Assembly: GCF_964355755.1 (NCBI RefSeq) | Contig: NC_092676.1 | Location: 17,316,871-17,380,870, forward strand | DNA length: 64,000 bases | Reading direction: 5' to 3' | Origin: Antedon mediterranea | Lineage: Eukaryota; Animalia; Echinodermata | Shown here: positions 39,138-49,486 of the stretch, piece after piece | Layout: the number at the start of each line of letters is the position of its first letter | How positions within the stretch are numbered: the first letter of the stretch is position 1 | Notes under the pieces: model-generated | Database searches by the model: none | What the model was told of the DNA's origin: nothing | The model's input: the letters and a program-made list of their open reading frames with translations, nothing else | Made by a program: the position numbers and the translations under genes

Positions 39138-42100
39138 ATGATGTTTTTTTTAAAGAGTGTATTTATTATATATTACCTGCTTTTCTTAGCATTGGTGGAT
39201 TGTCAAAGTGAGTATTATACCTCATTTTTTATTGCCCAGTAGCAGCTATTCATATTTTGCACAACAATTTGATTTTCTTTCACGCTTCGATGCCTGCCAT
39301 ACCAGAGAGGTAATTGTCCTAATTGGCCTAAGACGACCTAGGCTATGTTTACGGCTTTCACTCTCTGTGAGTAAGAACAATTATTAGAGGCAACGATTGT
39401 ACAATGCGGGGTAGGCCTACTTTATTTTTCTTTACATCTGCGCTCACTTTTAGCGTATAAACACGAAGACACACACACACACACAACATTAAGTCTGCGT
39501 ACAAAAGACATATCACAGCATCGTTGATTAACCAGTTGAGTGTATAACCTCTTGTGTTTCTTGGTGAACATGATGCCCTATTGTAATTGTTTAATTATCG
39601 TCGGTAGCCTATTACGCCTTATTTTTGCAAGCATATTTGGTTGGAAACACACCACTCCCATCCCCAGAAAATCAATGGTTCATTTAATCATTCAAAGTAT
39701 TAAAATAAAAGGCATACTCGAATCACGAAATCAAGGCTGATATCATCAGGAATATTCGTGTACTGCCTCTTCCTTATTTAATATACTAATTTGTAACCAG
39801 GTTGATTTAATAATGATAAATATGTAAAACGGATGAATGAACTACTTATTATTTTCTTTATGGTGACATGGCTAGAAACTATATGGGAGTGTGATTTCAA
39901 CAGTGATGAGTTGCCAACAGATTTGATTCAATTGCAAGGTCATGATTTCAAATGGAATCTTTGGCCTCCTGGAGATGGTTATTTATTCCTCCAAACAGCA
40001 GGTACGTACAACTTTAATAGTAATGGTGCCAATTTGGTTTCAGGGCAACACAAATGTTTAAATAATGAATAAATTGTTGTTTCCGCATCCAATGGCTAGG
40101 TCATTTTTCTGTAAAACTTACATTTGAGGCCCAGAGGCCACACGATAGCCTAGGCAACGATAGGCTAGGCCTGCATCAATTGTAGAATGTTGATAGTCTA
40201 ATAGGGGATACATATATTATATGTTAGTAGGCATAATGTGTGGAACGCCGTTATTTTTGTTAAATTTGCAAAGATGATGATACAAATTGCATCGATGATG
40301 AAAATTGAATCGATGATGAAAATTGAATCGATGATGAAAATTGCATCGATGATGAAATTGCATCGATGATGAAAATTGAATCGATGATAAAAATTGCATC
40401 GATGATGAAAATTGCAGCGATGATGAAATTGCATCGATGATGAAAATTGAATCGATGATGAAAATTGAATCGATGATGAAAATTGCATCGATGATGAAAA
40501 TTGCATCGATGATGAAAATTGAATCGATGATGCCGAAATCACATCGTGAGGGCGGTTATCCGTGCTCTGTTAAAACAAAAATAGTGTAGGAGGTTAAAAG
40601 TTTTACAAATTTCCAATCACGCCGTCCACAAAATACTATGTGCAATTCCATTTTTCATTTGTTTGAATTGAGCATTGGATTGAAGAGAAAGATACGCTTC
40701 AGTCTGACATCAAACATTATCTCAAAACACGAGAGGTCATTCATTAGAATCATATATTGCAAATAAAATGTCTAAAGCAATTGGGATTATAAATAGTCTT
40801 AAGTACACTTTTACTCAGCGTATCCTTCTGTCATTATATAATTCTTTAATTTTACATTATTATTATTTTATTATTATTATCATTATTGTAATAATTATAA
40901 TTTGGGCTGCTGACTATCCTTCTCATCTTGATAAAGTTAATAATATTATTAAATGTGCTTTAATATTACTCGTCTCGCATAACTCCATCTGAACCTTTAT
41001 TTTATAAACTTAAGTTACTGAAATTAGGTAATATACATAAATTGCAAATTGTCTATTTTTTCTTTCAATATTTTTCTAACAATCTTCCTTCTCCCATGAT
41101 GAAAACATTTAAAAAATAATAATAATATTCTCCTCTATTAAAATTTATATAAAAGAACGTTGTTATACGTCGATTGGAAGAAAAGGAAGCAAATCTGGTT
41201 TTCAGATAGGTAAAAATCTTCGTTTATCTAAGGGAAATGGCAAGCTACAGTTTAAAATTAAACTGGAACCTGGATGTACCCTTCAGGTAAGTGAAACGTA
41301 AATTTTCTACTAAATTTCAATTCGTAATATAATATGTTTCCTAATAATGTAATAATTATGTCATTATTATAATAATTATTTTGTATTATATGAAGGTAAC
41401 GGCCACTTGCAACAGCAAAAACAATAAAGTGTTTGAACAGAATAAACCGTATTGGAAGGAAGAAACACTGCATATCCGTGATTGTTCTGGTCCGTTTAAG
41501 GTAATTTTACGTCATTAATAAATAGATATGTACAGACTTGTAGCGGCGGTAATATCAATACAATCCGCTAGATACCTTGTCTACCTTGTAATCTGCCATT
41601 TGGCAGGTCTTTTTTTATCCATACTGTCGGTCTGTCGGTCTGTCGGTCTGTCTGTCGGTCCGGTATCACTATGCGTTTTAGCACGCGACTTATGGCTGTT
41701 GGCCTTGTTTCTCCATACTTCTCTATTTTAGTGTTTCTTCCGAATATCTATTTTATTTTGTAATCAAGCATATCTCTTATTGTCCTTCCTCTTCTTGTTT
41801 TAACTTGTATCTCGATTATCACGATTTTCAATTATCCTCTTTCCCTAACGTCCAATCCATTTTGCTGCTGCTCCGCTATCTGTTTAATCATTTGCCTCCC
41901 CTCCTCTATTTCACTCAATTGTCATTTCTTCTGTTTTGAGTTTAACATCTCAGGGCTTCAATCCTGCGTATTTATTCTTTCCCTGTCGTCCATGTTTCAC
42001 ATCCATACAATGCAACACTCCATAACAATGACTTAACCATTATCTTTTTTTGTTTTTATGCTTGCCCTTGCTTGTCAGAAATTGTATGTAATCTTTAAAT

Positions 42101-45100
42101 TTTCCTTTTGTCATTCTATCTTCTTATCTCGTTTCTACTTCTTCCGTCTTCAGTTAAATTTTGCTCCTAAATAATCTGTAACTTCTATTAACTCCTCTAA
42201 ATATATATTTCTAGTTCTCTATGAACTCTGGTAGCACACATGATTTTCCTATTTCTAATCCGCTGTCTATGCTAAAGCACTGTTTTCATTAAAACATGCC
42301 CAATAATACAAGTCTTGGAAGATGCTAACTAACTCGTTAATTTCGTACTGAATGAAAACTTTATTCGTGCAATGGTACAAATAATTGTATTAGGTGGAAT
42401 ACCGTATAACAACTAAACAAAAGTGTTAAACTCTCGATGAAAACAGTCCGCGATCTAACAACCGAGATGGCGACCAAGCAAGCTATATTGATATTTGCCT
42501 ATATTATACAAAATATCGCCTTTTAAAATGTTATAATTTACCTCTACTCTAAGCAGGCAATATTTGTATAATGTGTAAACATTTTATTAATTCCGATATC
42601 TACACAGACACATCTTCGTAAATAATATAAACTACGGAGATAATTATATTCTTTTAAATGAAGGGGTTTTCGTTTTCACTTACATTACTAGGTTGTCTTT
42701 GTCAATACTGGTAGAAAATACGTCAGAGATTGTGTGGCATATATTGATGACATAATTTTGCTGGACACAGAAGGTTAGTAAAACTAGGTGCATGATATGT
42801 AAAATGTAGATAATTTAAGTGGATGGTAAAACTAGACTCTTTACAATTGTTATAATTTTAATTATTATATTGAACCGGAAACTAAAAGTTGCGTTAATCA
42901 ATAGACTATAAAATGCATTTGACCATAATATTATGTCTTTACCGTTTAATGTGCATTGTTTATTTAGTAACTTGTAGACGGTCCGCGCTCTGTCGGCAAC
43001 GGAAAGTTTATTTATTTGATTGATCATCCTTCTGTTCACTTTATCCAATGTGATAGTTGACCAAATAAGTTCGGATATCAACTATAGGATATAGTAATTA
43101 GGTGGCGATTTCTCCAAAAAACTCTCCTAAAATAATTAAACCTGACCTGACAAAGGTATAAACATGACGCGTAGTTTAACAATAGGTGATTGTTTTTATT
43201 TTAACCCGTAAGAAAGTCTTGTTTATAATGAATGTGATGTCTGTTTACGTATAGATGGCCCAACTCAAATTTCTGATGACGCAATGATAGCCATGGGTGC
43301 AGTATTTGCAACTGTTATGACTTTGATCGTGGTATTAGCGTGTTACGTCGCTTGCAGGTAATTATTTTACAATTTTGACTCAGCCATAAAAGTTTATATT
43401 AATGATTACATGCTAGTATGTCACGTAAAAAAAACAGTTGTTCATCGTCCTCTCCCTACATCCGAATAATTAGTTCTGACGACTCTTTTTCCATTGTCGT
43501 TTACTGAAATGGCGAATTAATCTCTATTTGTATAAATTATGAAATCTTCGAACTTGTGTATGTTATTTACAAGCATGTGAATAGTTCAAGAAACAAGGAA
43601 CTTACTGAGGCCGACACACAAATCATAAAATTCATCTCATTTTGCCCTTCCTACAATTTAAAAACAACAATTTCCCTCCGTCTTTTTTTGTTTTTGGGAA
43701 ATTGTTGTACGTGACCTTATAATGTTACAGATTCAAGTAGACTAGAACTTCGTCATGACAAGTTAGGTAATGATGTGCTGAAAATAGTTGTTTTTATATA
43801 ACACCTATATAAATTCCTGTCATTTGATTGGACGAATGTGGGTCACATGGCGTGCAATAGTACGCACTATTCAACGATCGTTAAATAGTACTTTTTGAAA
43901 CATTTTTGTGTACGAAAAAAAAACGTCTAGATGTTATATAAAACAAATAATGAATGTTTTGTATTCGTGTAATGGTACAAATAATGGCACTTGGTGAATG
44001 ATGAAAGGTTATATCAACTCGGCTTTGCCTCGTTGATATAACCTTTCATCATTCACCTCGTGCCATTATTTGTACCATTGCACTCATAAACATTCATTAT
44101 TTGTATAATATTACATAGCCTATGTAAATACGCGAACGTGATTGGTTGAAACTGCATCACATGACTACCGCTGCGAGGATCGTAAATCGTATATATCCTC
44201 GAGAACGATGATATTGACTGTGTAATTTTCGCGTAATTATCGTGTCCCCTGTCATTAAACATATAGATTCTCGAGTACGATGATATTGACTGTGTAATTT
44301 TCGTGTGCAACACTCGAGTTTGCCAATAAATAAACAAAAGTCATCTACTCGATCTTGAACTCGGGTGGAATTGTCACTCCATCGCAAGACAACGTCTCAT
44401 CCGCTTGGCCACGGAATTTGCTTGAAGAAATTAATCTTCTAAACTATTTAAGCTATGCATACATAGCGCCCTCATTTGTTATAAGTCCACCCTAAATGTG
44501 ATGAAACACCGTTTGTGATTGGTCAATACTCACGGTAGTAACCTAGTAACTAGTACGCGCTGAACATCCGGTGATTCGGCTCCTCGAAGATCGAGAGAAG
44601 ATAATATTATTATTAATACTAATAGGCTTATTGATGGAAATTCTTCTGTTAATTTAAACGACCTAGGCCTAAGCATGGAGGTATATACCTCCATGGCCTA
44701 AGTGAATATTTTATTGCCAAGGAATCATTAATTAGTAATTATCTGTATATTATTCTTCGCAAGGTAAGGTGTCTAGGCAGGCTTGTTTTAAATACAATAC
44801 AAATACTATAGGAGGCCTAGCCTAGCTTCACCCAACCCAGCAGACTTGTTCTTGGCTATATAATATAACAGATATTGCCTTTTATATCGGTTAAATATAA
44901 GATTTGACATCCCCTCGGGAATGATATTAAGTTCTCGGGGAATATATATTTCCCTCAGCTGGCGCTTCGGGAAATATATATTCCCTCGAACTTAATATCA
45001 TTCCCTCGGGGATGTCAAATCTTATATTTAACCTCTAAGCAGTCAATATCTGTATAATATTAACAAATTTAGTCATGATGGCTTTCATAAAACAAGGAAC

Positions 45101-45432
45101 CACATCACAATCAGATAAAGGGCCACGCTGAATTAATATTGCCGTGATGGTACCAGATTGTGTTACGAATTAAGAATCTTTAGTATTATGTCGTCTTTTA
45201 TTTTAGGGCTGATGATGATGATTATGATTACGAAGACGATGAGGAGGAAGAGCCAACTGCAATGTCTGGAGTTGCAAATACAGACGGTGATCAAACCGCC
45301 ATACCACCGACTAACACAAAATGTGATCACTGTGGTGGTGAAATAATCCTATTGCCTGCCACGTTAGATCCCAACAAACCGGATTTAACCAAAACACCGA
45401 CACTATACCCACCACTTTCTACAGTTATGTGA
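39138..45432 (+). CDS. Type I membrane protein with a single divergent MAM-like domain (~280 aa, 7 exons: 39138-39207, 39876-40001, 41156-41286, 41396-41500, 42692-42773, 43255-43357, 45207-45432)
   Basis: All six introns are GT-AG with compatible phases (1,1,0,0,1,2); 843 nt open. Signal peptide MMFFLKSVFIIYYLLFLALVDC. MAM-like motifs WECDFN, DFKW, GYLFL, YWKEETLHI, FKVVF, VAYIDDIIL. TM AMIAMGAVFATVMTLIVVLACYVAC. Acidic tail DDDDYDYEDDEEEE ending LSTVM. Confidence 0.85.
40273..40533. repeat. 18-bp minisatellite in intron 2 of the MAM-like gene
   Basis: Unit GATGATGAAAATTG(A/C)ATC, about 14 copies. Confidence 0.95.
40750..41100 (+). mobile_element. Old CR1/L2-group LINE fragment
   Basis: SKAIGIINSLKYTFTQRILLSLYNSLI...IIWAADYPSHLDK parallels SKSSGIIYRL...ILRILYCSLI...IIWGNTYPSYLNK in the 11.5-kb LINE. 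Confidence 0.7.
41620..41710 (+). mobile_element. 5'-truncated HINE family 1 copy
   Basis: (GTCGGTCT)n...CCGGTATCACTATGCGTTTTAGCACGCGACTTATGGCTGTTGGCCTTGTTT. Confidence 0.8.
41715..42290 (-). mobile_element. Decayed RTE LINE 3' fragment
   Basis: Minus-strand WSVALYGCETWT...RRIEA and YLGAK...TEDGRSRNEIRR motifs, typical of RTE ORF C-termini. Confidence 0.75.
43792..44108. mobile_element. Non-autonomous palindromic element with ~160-bp terminal hairpin (possibly Crypton-like)
   Basis: IR TTTTATATAACA/TGTTATATAAAA, then a near-perfect hairpin 43943-44104 centred on CTCGGCTTTGCCTCG. A left-arm remnant lies at ~42350-42415. Superfamily assignment is tentative. Confidence 0.7.
44109..45058. mobile_element. 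Second palindromic element of the same architecture, with ~186-bp terminal hairpin
   Basis: Left mini-hairpin TTACATAGCCTATGTAA then TGATTGG...TCACATG as in the neighbouring element. Hairpin 44868-45053. Ends TGTATAATA like the neighbour. Confidence 0.6.
44674..44695. mobile_element. 22-bp perfect palindrome with 7-bp TSD
   Basis: GCCTAAG [CATGGAGGTATATACCTCCATG] GCCTAAG. Confidence 0.8.
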
Positions 45433-45484
45433 TAAGTCGATCTGTACCACTGATGGTTAGGGACGGTGCATGCTCTCGAACTAA

Positions 45485-46740
45485 AGGCACATTTACACTA
45501 CTAGGGCGATAACGATCGACGATAAATAGATAAACATACATTTTTCTTAGATAAAGCGAAAGAAATTAGTTTTTGTTCTAGAACTATAGGATAATCATGT
45601 ATGCTGTATTTGATAAAAATAATATTTTTAGTCGCGTGGAAGCGACTCTATAGTTCACTATGTCGGTCGGTTGGTCTGTCGGTCTGTCGGTCTGTCTGTC
45701 GGTCCGGTATCACTATGCGTTTTATCGCTTTCTGACCTTATCTTGATATCAGTTTAATCTAGCTAAGTCAATTTTTCACAGTATATTCCTTATTGCCAGG
45801 AATCGATGTGGTTATGTTTTCACGGTGCGCAATAAAAAATTACGCGGTCTACGCACGATTTAACGAAATCACGTTTGTAATCATATCTTCACAACCATGA
45901 ATCACAATTAAATAAAATTTGGTACTCATAAATTTCAGGGCATAAATCACCATATGGCAATACAATTACGTGCGTAGCGCATGTAACGCATGCGTACGCG
46001 CGCTTAAAATTTTCAAAATTTATTTTCGATGAAATAAGAGTACGTTTCAGGCAATTTTAAGCGTTTACAAAATTGCCATGAGTCACAAAGCCACAAAGTT
46101 ACGCGCGCACGCGCATTTAAAATTTTAAAATGCGCAAAATTCATTTTTAATCAACTTTCTACGCGTTTCTTGTCATTTTGAGCATGTCAAAAATTCCCAT
46201 ACGCGCGCAAATTTTTACGCGCGTGGTGCGCACGTAGCGTTAAATACATACTTTTTTCGCGTGATTTATGTTTTTGCAGCCTTTTCTAATAATTTTACCA
46301 TCTTTTAAACAATTTCGACTTAAAATTACGTTATACGAGCACGTCGAATTGGATAAAATTTTGCGCACGTTTTTGATGAAAAAGTTAAAAAATTCGTCAA
46401 AATTATGCCTTTTTAGTCGCGTGGACGCGACTATAGTTCACTATGTCTATCGGTCTGTCTGTCGGTCTGTCTGTCGGTCCGGTATCATTATGCATTGTAG
46501 CACGCGACTTAATGGCTGTTGGCCTTGTTTTTAATCCAATCAAATGACGTCATGATCAATAAAACAATAAAATCGTTGTATTGTAACGATATTATTGCTC
46601 TTACTAATCATGACGTCATTTAATTGCATAGATGATAATCCTATAGTTCTAGGATGAAAACTTTTTAAAATTCTTTTGTTTTAGGTATGAAAATGCATAT
46701 TTATCTTTTTATCGTCAATCGTCCTAGTGTAAATGGGCCT
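45485..46740. mobile_element. Harbinger-like MITE family B copy (inverted relative to 20552), interrupted by a long HINE
   Basis: TAA-AGGCACATTTACACTA...CCTAGTGTAAATGGGCCT-TAA; internal blocks match 20552-20956 in reverse complement. Confidence 0.85.
45626..46531 (+). mobile_element. Long (~900 bp) HINE family 1 element with a repeated 5' module
   Basis: 5' module at 45626, ~690-bp CGCG-rich body, second module from ~46410 ending CACGCGACTTAATGGCTGTTGGCCTTGTTTTT. Confidence 0.8.
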
Positions 46741-46742
46741 TA

Positions 46743-46875
46743 AGCTACATTCACACCATTTCCGTCTCACCGTTAACGGAATACGGCCCCGTTGTTGTTA
46801 AATAATGGAAGATCATAGAATAATTGAACGGCGCCGTCTTCCATTCCGTGAAACGGAAGAAATGTAAGTGTAGCT
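46743..46875. mobile_element. Short Harbinger-like MITE abutting the family B copy
   Basis: TTA-AGCTACATTCACACCATTTCCG...CGGAAGAAATGTAAGTGTAGCT-TTA. Confidence 0.6.
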
Positions 46876-47869
46876 TTACTTTATGGAGTAGTAGACACTG
46901 TCTTGTATTGATCGGTTGATTATCCTGTTATTTTTTAACTTAGAGATGTTTAATGTAGCATATATGCCTACTAAATTTGTTAATTTAACTCACCTTTTGT
47001 ATTGGCTTATAAAGAGTAGCAAATTAAATTCTATCATAGTGAACGATAATATATTTAAGCAAAAAAAAAACATAGATTTCGAAGTTTCAATAAGAATCTT
47101 CAAATCACACCGTATTCTTTAAAATACTTTGTTTACACGATTTTCATATAACTGTAAGCATTTACCTTTTAGCGAATAAGTAATTTTATAGTAAAGATCA
47201 AAAATATTTAATTGAGTTTGCCTATTGCGTATCAATTTATATATTTTATTATTGACATTGTAATTGTTTTAGCACTTGTTATTTCTTTCTGTTTCATTTG
47301 TGTTTATACTGTTATTTGTATAAAGTGCGAATGATACGAATTAGGATATATTTTAAATAAAATACTTATTTTAGGCCGTACTTGGCGTCAAAATGTTAAA
47401 TAATCGACCAGCCTCGAGAATGCACTATCGTCAATAATACATCCATCGCGTTAATATCCTATTTTGTAATATTGACACTTTACTACTGCTTGGTAGGATA
47501 GTATAACTATGTCTATTTTAGAATTTCTAAAAGTATTTATATTATGTAAGTACCACCTTTTATATTGTTTGTAAATGTTGGCTTCTTTTGATAAAGTCTT
47601 TTATTATGTACTGTATAGTTTATAATCAAATTATGAAATATAATGTCTTTTTTTTAATGTAATGATCATTGAATATAAATACCGTAGGCCCTACTGTAAA
47701 ATAGAAGGGAATAGCAAACAGTTCGTGAGTATGGACTCCAATAAAACGGCTAATTTCCTTGTGCTTTTACTAAATACCTTATGTATGTTCATCTTTTTAT
47801 AAAACTGAAGTTAAATTTCAAAAAATGTTCAATATTTTCAAAATTTGTGACAGATTATATTATCAGAGG

Positions 47870-49440
47870 ATTAGCCTACAGCCTCACTATGCCCGAGGTT
47901 TGTTTTTCGATCTTTTTCTATAAATTTCATTATAATGTGTATTTATGAGGTAAAATGCACAGACCACAATTATGTGATTCTGCACATCTGCATATCCTAA
48001 ATTAAAGGTTCGAAATTTTCTCATGTTTCAAAAATTTCTCTGTACTATATCATTATGTAAAACAATAAAAGGTCAAAATTTGGCAATTTTGGATCATTTT
48101 TCTGTACTAAGATTTTTTTATCTAAAAAATTTGACAAATATCGACTATTTTCCTGGTCTAGTACAAGTTGGGCATTTTCAAAATATAGTAAAATATCATA
48201 TGTGTTTAGGTAACATGCACAGACCACACTGTATATTTTTATTTAAAAAAATAAAAGGGTAAACATTTTGCAATTTTTCGACAATTGTTCTGTACTATAG
48301 TAAGCCTACAGTGAGTTTTTTTTAATAGAAAAATGTCAAAAACAGAAGTTTTAAATAGGACTACATGCTGAGGTAACATGACCACATTATGTGATTCTTA
48401 TGCATGTAATTATGTCAAAAAAATAGAAAGTCGAAATTGTTTGAAATTTTCCATGTACTGTAGTACAGGGATTTTTTTTGTCGAAAGATATCCAGATATC
48501 GACTTTATGAAATATTATGTTGACGTAACATGCATAGAGCATATTATCTGATTCTGCGCATGTCGATTATGATATAGTAACCAGTTATGTCAAAAAATAA
48601 ATTGATCTAATTTGGTCAATTTCGAACATTTTCCTGTACTAAAGTACAGGAATTTCTTTTCGAAAAATGGCCAAAACATCGACTTTTAAAATATTTTGAG
48701 GTATCATGCGCAGAACACATTTTGTGATTCTGTACATGTCAAATATGATATAGTAACCAGTAATGTCAAAATAAAAGGGTCAAAATTTGGCCATTTCCCT
48801 GCTGTACGAAATGTTTTTCAAAATGAATATATATCGACCTTTTGAAATAATTATGGTGAAGTAACATGCACAGAGCATTTTAAGTGATTCTGCGCATGTC
48901 AATTATGATATACCGTAGTAACCAGTTATGTTAATATTACAGTCAAGTCAAGTATCATTTATTATCATTTGTTTTTAAGAAAAAACATAGAAATTCTGTT
49001 TGCTCTGTTGGCGGAGCACAATATCCAACGGACACAACACGAACTCAAAAACAAAAACATTACAAAAAAGTGTCTACATTATGTTTAAAGGGATTTTTTT
49101 TTCGAAATTTAAAAATATGTTGAGGCGGGACGCATATAGTTAACCAGTAATCAAAAAAAATAAAAGGGTGGTAACTGGGATTTTTTTTTTTATGACCAGA
49201 TATCGACTTTTTTAAATATGTTGATTTCGTGATTTTTGGGATTATGAAACATGAATATAAAAGGGTCGGAATTTGGTCCTTTTTTAAACATTTTCTTGTA
49301 CTATACATGAATGAAATGAACAGAATGATATCGACTTTTTAAAATATGTTGAGTTAACATGCGCAGATCACATTTCGTGATTGTGCGCATGCGAATTATG
49401 ATCCCGGACCCCGCAGTACGAGAAACGGAATCATAATCCA
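47870..49440. repeat. Degenerate satellite-like array, unit roughly 150-190 bp
   Basis: Recurring blocks ATATCGACTTT, GTAACATGCACAGA, GTGATTCTGCGCATGTC, TAGTAACCAGTTATGTC, TTTTCCTGTACT. Interrupted at ~48935-49130. Confidence 0.8.
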
Positions 49441-49486
49441 AATATATTTTGTACAATTGTTTTTAAAATACACGATTTGTGGGAAG

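Noticed and set aside
40198-40542. Repetitive minus-strand ORFs (SSIQFS / FHHRCN)
   Set aside because: Artefacts of the 18-bp minisatellite.
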